From: Saprospiraceae bacterium
GTDB taxonomy: Bacteria > Bacteroidota > Bacteroidia > Chitinophagales > Saprospiraceae
Assembly: GCA_034439675.1 (NCBI GenBank)
Contig: JAWXAW010000076.1
Location: forward strand, 2,073-66,072
DNA length: 64,000 nucleotides
Reading direction: 5' to 3'
Shown piece by piece: positions 48,425 through 57,600 of the stretch. Made by a program: the position numbers and the translations under genes. Within the stretch, counting starts at the first letter, position 1. The number at the start of each line of letters is the position of its first letter. The notes beneath the pieces are model-generated. The model was not told where the DNA came from, ran no database searches, and worked only from the letters and a program-made list of their open reading frames with translations.

Positions 48425-49063
48425 ATGCAAAAACACAAAACATTGATAAAGCATGTGGCTGTGGCTGGAAATATAGGAGCCGGAAAGACTACCCTCTCCA
48501 CTCGTCTGGCTAAGCATTTCGGCTGGGAGGTGAACTATGAGGACACAACCAACAATCCTTACCTCAGTGATTTCTATGATGATATGCAACGGTGGTCATT
48601 TAACCTGCAGATCTATTTTCTCAACAGCAGATACCAACAGATCCTCCAAATCCGAAGCGGGGACAAAACTGTCATCCAGGACCGGACAATATTTGAAGAT
48701 GCCTACATCTTTGCTCCAAACCTCCATGAAATGGGATTGATGGGCCGAAGGGATTTTGAAAATTATTTCACACTCTTTAAAAACATGAGTGCGCAAATTT
48801 CCCCACCTGACCTACTGATCTACTTGCAGGCCAGCATCCCTACGCTAGTTAAACATATTCATAACAGGGGCAGGAGCTATGAAGGTAGTATGAGCCTTGA
48901 TTACCTCAAGCGACTCAACCAGAAGTATGATGAATGGATCGAAAGCTACAAAGAAGGACCGCTTCTGGTCATCAATGCGGATGATATAGATTTTGAAAAG
49001 AGCCCTGAAGATATGGGCAAAATCATAGAGTTGGTCGATAGCCAGATCAATGGTCTATTTTAA
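48425..49063 (+). CDS. Deoxynucleoside kinase
   Basis: P-loop GNIGAGKTTL, a DRTIFED motif, and a length of 212 aa. Confidence 0.88.
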   Translation: MQKHKTLIKHVAVAGNIGAGKTTLSTRLAKHFGWEVNYEDTTNNPYLSDFYDDMQRWSFNLQIYFLNSRYQQILQIRSGDKTVIQDRTIFEDAYIFAPNLHEMGLMGRRDFENYFTLFKNMSAQISPPDLLIYLQASIPTLVKHIHNRGRSYEGSMSLDYLKRLNQKYDEWIESYKEGPLLVINADDIDFEKSPEDMGKIIELVDSQINGLF

Positions 49064-49071
49064 AAGGCCTA

Positions 49072-49263
49072 TCAACTCTTAACCTTAACGGCTTCGGCAG
49101 GCTTATCAGCCTGTTGGACTTCAGTCTGATCAATCACCGGTGTATCGGTGGCAGAAACACTTGAAGCGTCAAGTGCAAGGCAGCCGGCAAAAAATATCCC
49201 ATGCAGCAATACAGAAACCACGATACCCATTACACTACTTGTTTTTTCACCTTTAGTACTCAT
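49072..49263 (-). CDS. Possible small membrane-anchored protein (63 aa)
   Basis: One hydrophobic helix (MGIVVSVLLHGIFFAGCLAL) and a low-complexity tail. There is no homology evidence. Confidence 0.3.
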   Translation of the reverse strand: MSTKGEKTSSVMGIVVSVLLHGIFFAGCLALDASSVSATDTPVIDQTEVQQADKPAEAVKVKS

Positions 49264-49439
49264 ATCAGCATAGTTTTAAATGTTTCAAGTAATTCTGAGT
49301 CATCCGCCGGTTATTTATATTTAGACTGATCGAAAAACGAACCTCATTATCCCGATATTGCCGGCATCTAATAATTTCAGCCAATGTCATTGAAAACAGC
49401 ATCAAATTCATATTACATAAAAATTTAATACCATAAACT

Positions 49440-50102
49440 GTGCCAAATCCTGATCATTCCTACTTCCGTCTGTTAGAAACGTGCCGACAGGATCATGCCA
49501 CCCTGGTTGCAGTCTCCAAGACCAGGTCTATAGCGGAGATAGAAACAGTATACAAGATGGGGCAAAGAATTTTTGCGGAAAACAGAGCTCAGGAGCTTTT
49601 ACAAAAAGCCCCTGTCATGGCAGAGGATATAAAGTGGCATCTGATCGGCCACCTGCAGACTAACAAGGTGCGGTCCATCTTGCCTTATATTTCCTGTATA
49701 CAATCCTTGGATCGTTTAAACCTTTGGGATAAAATCCAAGAAGAGGCTGCGAGGTCTGATAAAAAAATCAAATGTCTTCTGCAGATTAAGATAGCAGCCG
49801 AAGAGACTAAGTATGGGTGGTCATTTGAAGAATTAAATAAAATACTTTTGTCAGGCAAACAGCATACTTGCCCCAACGTCCTGATTTGCGGAGTGATGGG
49901 CATGGCCAGCTTCACGGAGGATATCGCCCAGGTTCGAAATGAAATGAAATCACTAAAAGCCTCCTATGACCTATTCAAAGGCCAATTTTTCAATAAAAAC
50001 CCTGCTTTTAACACCATCAGTATGGGAATGTCAGGTGATTACAGCGTGGCTCTTGAAGAGGGAAGTACAATGATTCGTATCGGAAGTTTACTCTTTACCT
50101 AA
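49440..50102 (+). CDS. yggS: YggS-family pyridoxal-phosphate homeostasis protein
   Basis: LVAVSKT (PLP Lys), FAENRAQEL, WHLIGHLQTNKV and RIGSLLF. GTG start per the ORF track. Confidence 0.88.
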   Translation: MPNPDHSYFRLLETCRQDHATLVAVSKTRSIAEIETVYKMGQRIFAENRAQELLQKAPVMAEDIKWHLIGHLQTNKVRSILPYISCIQSLDRLNLWDKIQEEAARSDKKIKCLLQIKIAAEETKYGWSFEELNKILLSGKQHTCPNVLICGVMGMASFTEDIAQVRNEMKSLKASYDLFKGQFFNKNPAFNTISMGMSGDYSVALEEGSTMIRIGSLLFT

Positions 50103-50166
50103 AGGCAGATAATATCTCCAATATATCCCTGAAAAACTGTGGAGAACCCATTCCCTCAATTAAGCC

Positions 50167-50829
50167 TTACTTATTGGGTACAACAGGTTTCAACTTCTCT
50201 TCATTATACCGGATGAGCACGTCCCTGATATTATTGTACATCGGCATTTGAAGAGTTGGTATCTCTCGCGGATCAAACCAAGCTGCATCCTGAATACCTT
50301 CTTCTTTTTGCAAAACGAGCTGATCGGGCGAATTGGTCTTCATGAGATACCAGCGGGTACGTTTGAGTGTACGTTGCTTACTCATCAGATAACAATGGTA
50401 ACCATTGTTTAATCTTTCGAGGAGTTCAAGATCAATCAAACCAGTCTCCTCGCAAACCTCCCTTACAGCGGTTTGCGCCAGCGTTTCACCAGGGTCCTGC
50501 TTACCTTTAGGAAGGTCCCAGACGCTTCGTCTGAAAATCAGGAGTACTTTTCCGAAAGGATTGAGCACTAATCCGCCTCCTGCCTTTATATAATTGTACA
50601 GTGACTTAAAATCCTTCCAAAGTTGATCTACATTATCAGCTTGAATGATGATCCCTTCATGGTGCTTATTTTTTTCAAGCAACTCAACATAATTCAACAG
50701 CATCTTAGGTTTGCCTCTATATAGCGCATGAATAAGGGAACGCTCAAAGGCAGTTTCATCACCAAGGTCAGAAGTCTGGGTGAGAATCAAAGGGCTCTCG
50801 TTAATGTATATTTTATACCTTTGCATCAA
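50167..50829 (-). CDS. NUDIX hydrolase with an N-terminal extension
   Basis: Nudix box GKQDPGETLAQTAVREVCEETG. Confidence 0.85.
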   Translation of the reverse strand: MMQRYKIYINESPLILTQTSDLGDETAFERSLIHALYRGKPKMLLNYVELLEKNKHHEGIIIQADNVDQLWKDFKSLYNYIKAGGGLVLNPFGKVLLIFRRSVWDLPKGKQDPGETLAQTAVREVCEETGLIDLELLERLNNGYHCYLMSKQRTLKRTRWYLMKTNSPDQLVLQKEEGIQDAAWFDPREIPTLQMPMYNNIRDVLIRYNEEKLKPVVPNK

Positions 50830-50845
50830 CGTTATTTAGTCACAA

Positions 50846-51490
50846 ATGATTAATAATCAAATACTTGCATCCAAACTCCTCGAAACAGGCGCTGTCCGGA
50901 TACAACCTGAAAGTCCATTTACATGGGCTTCCGGTCTTCGGTCACCGATTTATTGTGATAACCGCATACTCCTCTCCTACCCGGAAATAAGAACTGGTCT
51001 GGTCGATTTAATGGTGAAGGTGATAAAAGATTTTGAATTGTTTGATACTGTAGCCGGGGTAGCCACAGCCGGCATCCCTGCCGGTGTCCTTTTAGCAGAT
51101 CGCCTGAAGATGCCTTTCGCCTATGTGCGCTCAAAGCCAAAGGAACACGGAAGACAAAATCTTATCGAAGGAAGCATCTCTCCGGATGCAAATGTGTTAG
51201 TGATCGAAGACTTGATCTCTACAGGGATGAGTAGCCTTCAGGCGGTGGAGGCTATCCGGCAGGTTTCTGCAAAGGTAGTAGGTGTCTTAGCTATATTCCA
51301 ATATGGTTTGCCAAAGGCTACCCTAGCTTTTAAGGAAGCTGAATGTCCTTTTCAAACGCTCACTGATTTTCAGACGATCATAGAGGTAGCTGCGGATAAG
51401 CATATCATTGAGCATCAGCATCTCGATCTTCTGAGCCGCTGGTCAGCTGACCCTCAGGCCTGGTCAGAAAATTATATACGCAAACATTAA
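50846..51490 (+). CDS. pyrE: Orotate phosphoribosyltransferase
   Basis: 214 aa. FTWASGLRSPIYCDNR and the PRPP loop VLVIEDLISTGMS. Confidence 0.92.
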   Translation: MINNQILASKLLETGAVRIQPESPFTWASGLRSPIYCDNRILLSYPEIRTGLVDLMVKVIKDFELFDTVAGVATAGIPAGVLLADRLKMPFAYVRSKPKEHGRQNLIEGSISPDANVLVIEDLISTGMSSLQAVEAIRQVSAKVVGVLAIFQYGLPKATLAFKEAECPFQTLTDFQTIIEVAADKHIIEHQHLDLLSRWSADPQAWSENYIRKH

Positions 51491-51508
51491 TTAAAATACT
51501 ACTGAACT

Positions 51509-52588
51509 GTGATTGATAAAAAATCAAAAAAATTTCTGAAGGAATATCTGGGCAATGCGAGTCCCACCGGACATGAAACGAAAGGACAGGAATTGTGGCT
51601 TGATTATATTTCACCCTATGTGCATGAGTGGCATACCGATGTATATGGGACCGCCTACGGCATCATCAATCCCGGAAAAAAATATAAAGTAGTCATTGAA
51701 AGCCATGCAGATGAAATCTCTTGGTACGTCAACTACATTTCTGACAAGGGCAATATTCATGTGATCCGCAACGGAGGTTCAGATCAGACCATTGCCGCCA
51801 GCAGGAGGGTCAATATCCATACGCCAAAAGGAATCGTCCGGGGCGTCTTCGGCTGGCCTGCTATCCACGTCCGAAAAGGAAAAGACGCCAACCTGGCTCC
51901 AACACTGGAAAATATATTTATCGATGTCGGAGCTAAGGACAAAAAGGAAGTGGAAGAACTTGGTATCCACGTGGGATGTGTGATCACCTACGATGACGGA
52001 TATGAGGAAATCAATAAAAAATGTTTTATCGGCAGAGCGTTGGATAACCGGCTGGGTGGATATTGTATCGCGGAAGTGGCCCGAAAATTATTTGAAGAAA
52101 AAATCAAACTCCCCTACTCACTTTACGTAGTCAATTCGGTGCAGGAAGAAGTAGGTTTGCATGGAGCCACCATGATCGCCCAGACAATCCGGCCTGATGT
52201 CGCCATCATTACGGACGTTACCCATGATACCAGCACGCCTCTGATTGATGCAAAACAGGAAGGAGATGTCAGACTTGGCCTCGGGCCGGCATTGACCTAT
52301 GCGCCTTCTGTGCACCGTAAACTCTTACAACTTATTGAAGATACGGCGCAGGCCAACAAAATCCCGTTTCAACGGGTGGCCTCCTCAAGGAGTACTGGCA
52401 CTGATACGGATGCCTTTGCTTATGCGAATGGCGGCATTCCATCAGCACTGATATCCATACCCCTACGGTATATGCATACGACGGTAGAAATGGCCCATTT
52501 TGAAGACATCAGCCATTTGATTAACTTGATCTCCGCATCGCTCCAGCAAATCAAATCAGGGCACAACTTTAAATACTTTGATCGGTAG
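51509..52588 (+). CDS. M42-family metallopeptidase (glutamyl aminopeptidase / FrvX-like)
   Basis: 359 aa. SHADEI, GRALDNRLG, and QEEVGLHGA metal-ligand regions. Confidence 0.85.
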   Translation: MIDKKSKKFLKEYLGNASPTGHETKGQELWLDYISPYVHEWHTDVYGTAYGIINPGKKYKVVIESHADEISWYVNYISDKGNIHVIRNGGSDQTIAASRRVNIHTPKGIVRGVFGWPAIHVRKGKDANLAPTLENIFIDVGAKDKKEVEELGIHVGCVITYDDGYEEINKKCFIGRALDNRLGGYCIAEVARKLFEEKIKLPYSLYVVNSVQEEVGLHGATMIAQTIRPDVAIITDVTHDTSTPLIDAKQEGDVRLGLGPALTYAPSVHRKLLQLIEDTAQANKIPFQRVASSRSTGTDTDAFAYANGGIPSALISIPLRYMHTTVEMAHFEDISHLINLISASLQQIKSGHNFKYFDR

Positions 52589-53444
52589 ATTATTAAAAGA
52601 TATTATTAATCTCCTGATCTATGGAGGTGCGTTCATAGGGCTTTGTGCATCCTCTATTACTGCATTAACGTTCGAACTGACAGGAAGGAGTGAAGAAAAC
52701 CTTCCGTATATTCTTCTCATAGGAGCTGCGACCGCAGCTTTGTATACGATACACAGGATCATTGGCCTTCATAAATCAGCCCATGTAAAAAATTCTGATC
52801 GGTTTACGGTCATTCGGAAATATCAATTTCACATCAGGGTGTATTCCGTTTTGTGGATATTACTTTCCTTGTGGTTATTGATCCCGTTATTTAGCATAAC
52901 ATTTATTTTATGGCTTTTGCCTGGCGGGATTATCGGCTTCTCCTATGTCTTTCCTTTACTTTCGGGTGGACGTAGATTGCGGGACCTCGGATGGGGAAAA
53001 ATAATGATGATTGGCTGGTCATGGTCATGGTTGACAGCTGTGGTTCCGCTTTGGTATTTTACAGATGGCTCCATTCAGATGACAGTCATACACGGGCTTG
53101 AACGATTTTTGTTTATTATGCTCATCACGATTCCGTTTGAGATCCGGGATCTGTATATGGACAAATCACTTGGATTGATCACGATGCCTGAAAAACTGGG
53201 GAGGAAACGAACAAGGCGAGTTGCCGGAATCATGTGTGGGGTGATTATATTTCTCAGTCTGATATCTTCGTTCCACTATTTCAATCCACCTTATGTGATT
53301 GCCATGGCTTTGACCAGCCTATCCGTGCTCCCAATGATAAATTACAGTTACCTGACAGCGGATGATTATTTCTTTGGCGGGCTCGTAGACGGCACAATGA
53401 TCATTGCGGTATGGGTGTTTAAAATTGCAAATATTTTTATCTGA
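52578..53444 (+). CDS. Polytopic membrane protein, possibly UbiA-superfamily-like
   Basis: 288 aa with about 8 TM helices. Only one Asp-rich segment (FEIRDLYMDK) is present, and the first canonical NxxxDxxxD motif was not seen. Confidence 0.35.
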   Translation: MIGRLLKDIINLLIYGGAFIGLCASSITALTFELTGRSEENLPYILLIGAATAALYTIHRIIGLHKSAHVKNSDRFTVIRKYQFHIRVYSVLWILLSLWLLIPLFSITFILWLLPGGIIGFSYVFPLLSGGRRLRDLGWGKIMMIGWSWSWLTAVVPLWYFTDGSIQMTVIHGLERFLFIMLITIPFEIRDLYMDKSLGLITMPEKLGRKRTRRVAGIMCGVIIFLSLISSFHYFNPPYVIAMALTSLSVLPMINYSYLTADDYFFGGLVDGTMIIAVWVFKIANIFI

Positions 53445-53541
53445 CAAAATCATTCGCCTCATCACCTTGCGCTGAAAAAGGCAATTCCAATCAGAGCCAG
53501 AGATTATCGTTCAAAGCATTTAATTTACCAGTATTTAACCG

Positions 53542-53934
53542 ATGACATCACGAGAAAATCTAAGTTCGGGAGCTCCATGGGAACCTATTGTCGGTTATTC
53601 CCGGGCTGTACGGATAGGCAACATTATCGAGGTCTCCGGGACATGTGCTGTGGATAATGACGGAAATCCATTTGGTATAGGGGATCCCTACCATCAGACA
53701 AAACGATGTCTGGAAATCATCGTTAATACCATACTTAAACTTGGAGGCAGTCTCCATGATGTCATCAGAACGAGAATATATGTGACCGATATCAGCCAGT
53801 GGGAACTAATAGGCAAGGCACATGGAGAGGTTTTTGGCGACATCAGACCGGCCACCACTATGGTTGAAGTACGCAACCTAATAGCCCCGGATTATCTGGT
53901 GGAAATAGAGGCGACAGCCATACTTAAATCCTGA
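53542..53934 (+). CDS. RidA/YjgF-family (Rid) protein
   Basis: 130 aa. GTCAVD...QTKRCLEII...LHDVIRTRIYVTDI...RPATTMVEV...LVEIEATA is the typical family layout. Confidence 0.82.
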   Translation: MTSRENLSSGAPWEPIVGYSRAVRIGNIIEVSGTCAVDNDGNPFGIGDPYHQTKRCLEIIVNTILKLGGSLHDVIRTRIYVTDISQWELIGKAHGEVFGDIRPATTMVEVRNLIAPDYLVEIEATAILKS

Positions 53935-53938
53935 TCTG

Positions 53939-54571
53939 ATGTCCGGTTATAAAGTCAAAGAAATCTATTACACCCTTCAGGGAGAAGGCGCACACACCGG
54001 TCGTCCTGCTGTTTTTCTCAGGTTTACAGGATGTAACCTATGGAGTGGAAGAGAAGAAGACCGCGCTGATGCCGTATGCCAGTTTTGCGATACTGATTTT
54101 GTAGGCATGGATGGAACACTGGGTGGAAAGTATTCTGCTGAAGAGCTTGCTGACACTATCGATTCACTTTGGCCTGCGGAAAGAAACAACAACTATGTTG
54201 TTTGTACCGGAGGAGAACCCTTGCTGCAGTTAGATACACAGCTCATTGAAGCATTACATGCTAAACATTTTCAAATAGGTGTCGAGACAAATGGCACGAT
54301 AACGCCTCCACAGGGCATAGATTGGATTTGTGTAAGTCCAAAGGCAAATACAGAAATTGTAATTCGGAAAGGAAACGAAATAAAACTGGTGGTCAGGCAG
54401 AAAGGAATTGAACCTGCACTCTTTGAGCAGTGGGATTTTGACCACTTTTTTCTTCAGCCGATGGATGGCCCCGATCTGCATTCATTTACGGAATGGGCGA
54501 TGCAGTATTGCATGGAAAATCCAAAATGGAGACTGAGTGTTCAGACCCATAAGTTACTGGGTATTAGGTAG
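53939..54571 (+). CDS. queE: 7-carboxy-7-deazaguanine synthase (radical SAM, CX14CX2C type)
   Basis: YTLQGEG, and CNLWSGREEDRADAVCQFC (exact CX14CX2C spacing), at 210 aa. Confidence 0.88.
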   Translation: MSGYKVKEIYYTLQGEGAHTGRPAVFLRFTGCNLWSGREEDRADAVCQFCDTDFVGMDGTLGGKYSAEELADTIDSLWPAERNNNYVVCTGGEPLLQLDTQLIEALHAKHFQIGVETNGTITPPQGIDWICVSPKANTEIVIRKGNEIKLVVRQKGIEPALFEQWDFDHFFLQPMDGPDLHSFTEWAMQYCMENPKWRLSVQTHKLLGIR

Positions 54572-54607
54572 ACAATCTGACGTTAGCAATGGGCAGTCGT
54601 TGGAAAG

Positions 54608-57600
54608 CTATCTCATTACGGTTATATCTCCAACTTTTACCTTGTTTTTTCCATTCAGGTCTTTCCATAAGAGTTTGTAAACATATACACCGCTTGGCAC
54701 TTTGTCTTCACGGACACTTCCATCCCATTTAAAAGGAACATTTCCATACTGACCGTGCAACAGACTCCCCCAACGGTCAAAGATTTCCAGAGAAACAAGG
54801 CGTTCTTCCGGAAGATTGGTAATAACTTCCATCTCATCATTTATCAGGTCGCCGTCTGGTGAAAAAATATTGGGAATATAAAAAGTTTCCTTTTCAATAA
54901 CGGTGATCAGGAGTTCATCTTCATATAAACAACCAGCAGTATCCTCTACAATAACAGAAACCAGAGTGGTAACCTCAGGACCGAACCAAAATTCTTCTAT
55001 CCCAAGACCTGGAAAAGAAGGATTCCACGATACTGTAGAAACAACAATCCCTTCAGCTGTCGGAGCAATCAAAACACTATCCCCTTTCTGGATGGTTTCA
55101 TCTGATCCAAGGTCAACAGTACCAAAATTCTGATCCGATACATTGGCCGGGATTTCAATGGTACAACCAATCATGTCTGTTATTGAAACTACATGCTCCC
55201 CCAAACCAACATTCTGAATGATGTAAGGAAGCTGATTCACTGGAGTACTCATACCATTATCTATCTGGATGAGATATGGTGGTGTTCCGTCTGTGATGGA
55301 TTCAACAACTAATTGTCCATCGATATTCCCTGGACAAGTAGGTGGTATACTGTTGATAAGCGCACCTTCAGGGCCGATAAATTCAGCATTGAATGTATCC
55401 CTTTCCTCACATCCTCCCATATCACGGACTATCCATATGTAAAGGCCCTCTTCATAGAGTGGTAAGGTTGGTTGCATTTTCGTGCCATCAGGTGTAATCC
55501 ACGTGGAGAAAGGAAGACCCTGGGCACCGGTGACAATTGGTATCAAAACAAAGGTGTCCCCGGGACAAAAAGTTATAGTGTCAGCAATATCTTCTGTAAA
55601 TAATGTACAGTTACAATCCGGAGCAGGAATAAATAATGAAGCTGCACATAAACCGGATGCAGATGAGACCATGACAATAATATCCTGATCCATAGAAATA
55701 TTAGCTATCCTGAATTGTCCTGTACCTGCTGTAGTCACATCACCAAAATCAGCGTTGAGTGATGCAGCATTGGTCTGTACAAGGACCTCATAGCTCAACT
55801 GTGCTGAATCACATTCAATATCTACAACTGTGATAAAAGGTGATTCTTCAATAATAAATGGAATATCCGAAGAGGCCGGGCAGCCGGCAACAGAAGTATT
55901 GAGCGTGTACGTGAGCGTATAATTACCTGCAGTAGCTCCTGAAGTTGAAATCTGGGATCCCGATATTGTTGGCCATGTACCACCGGCAGGTCCGTTCGAA
56001 ACCATCCAGCCTCCCGGATCTGCAAGGATGATCTGATCATCTAAATCTAAAATTTCATTCTGACAGATTTCAACTCCTACATTGTCGAGTATTAGTGGCG
56101 GGCAAGAACAGTCCTCTACGACAACATTGAATACATACGTACTATCTGAACAAGGTGCTGCGGCGGTTTGCGTGATGTACACAAATCGGTAATTGCCTGG
56201 CAGCACCCCAGCAAAATCTACATTCGACGGATTACTGAGATCAACCATAGCGTCATCAAAATCCGACCATAACCCTGTTCCATCGCCCTGAACTATAAAA
56301 GAGGAAAGATTGATGACAGAGCCACTGTCTGGGTGGTTGCAGAGTGTATCAGCAAGCGCACTGAAGGTGGTCGAGGGGGGATTAACCAGGAAGAGTATTA
56401 TCGTATCTTCTGGTACAACACAAAAACCAAAAGTGTCGATAGCAGATGCGATAAGATTGATCTGCGCAGAAGCCACATCGAAAACCGATGGGAAATAAAA
56501 CGTATTCAATGCTAGCGGATCACCAAATACACCCAGACCGGACGTTGACCAAACAACTCCTGTAGCTGAACCCCCGATGATTGCATTAAACTGAACTGAC
56601 GAAAGTCCACACGTACTAGTATCCCCTAAAATGGAAAGGGTCGGTAGTTCCTGAATAAAAATTTCAATCTCGGCACTATCGGGACATCCAACAAGTGGGG
56701 CAGCATCAAAAGTAAACCGCAACCCATATGTACCAGGATCACAACCATTGATAATGAAAGTAGATCCTGTAAGCGTGCCAGGGTTGGAGCCAGGTGGCCC
56801 ACTGAATATCTGCCAGCTACCAGGTGCACCCGCCTGCACAAAAGCATCAAGCTGTAGCGAAGGCATCGAATTACATAGACCACTTGGTAAGTTCTGCACC
56901 ACAAGCAGCGGGCATAGACAATCTTCAACAGAAATTATGATGTCATAGATAGTCTCTGCGCATGGGGATGAAGCAGAATTAGTCTGATACTGAAAAACAT
57001 AAACCCCTTCTGCGATCCCGTTAAAATCTACTGATGCAGGATTGGTAAAGTCAACTGGTACACCTGAAACATTTGTCCATGTTCCCAATGCATCACCATC
57101 AGTAATCAATGCAGGAAAATTAATCACTGAGCCATTCGCAACAATATTACAGATAGTAACTGTATCGTTTACAAAAACTGCAAAAGGAGGTTGATTAAAG
57201 AAAAGGGTTATCGTATCACTTTGGTTTCCGCACAACGGATCAAGCACATTCAGGAATAAATAAAATCCAGGGGCAATTGAATCCTGAGTTCCGGGGGTAT
57301 AAGTTGTAACAAGGGAATTATTGTCGCCAAACAATCCATCTCCCGATGTTTCCCAGAAAATTGTATACGGACCCGACGGTGTTATCGATCCATCAAGCAT
57401 AACAGCCTGTGGACCACAAAACGAAACATCAGGACCCGCATCTGGATCGACAACCTGGTCGACCATAATTACTTCACTTGAGGAAGGTGGACAACCTGGT
57501 TCAGGTGCATTAAGGGTGTATGTGACGGTATACAACCCTGGATCTGAAATGTTGGTTGAAAAAACGCTGCCCGATACAGTAGCAGGATTCAATCCGGGTG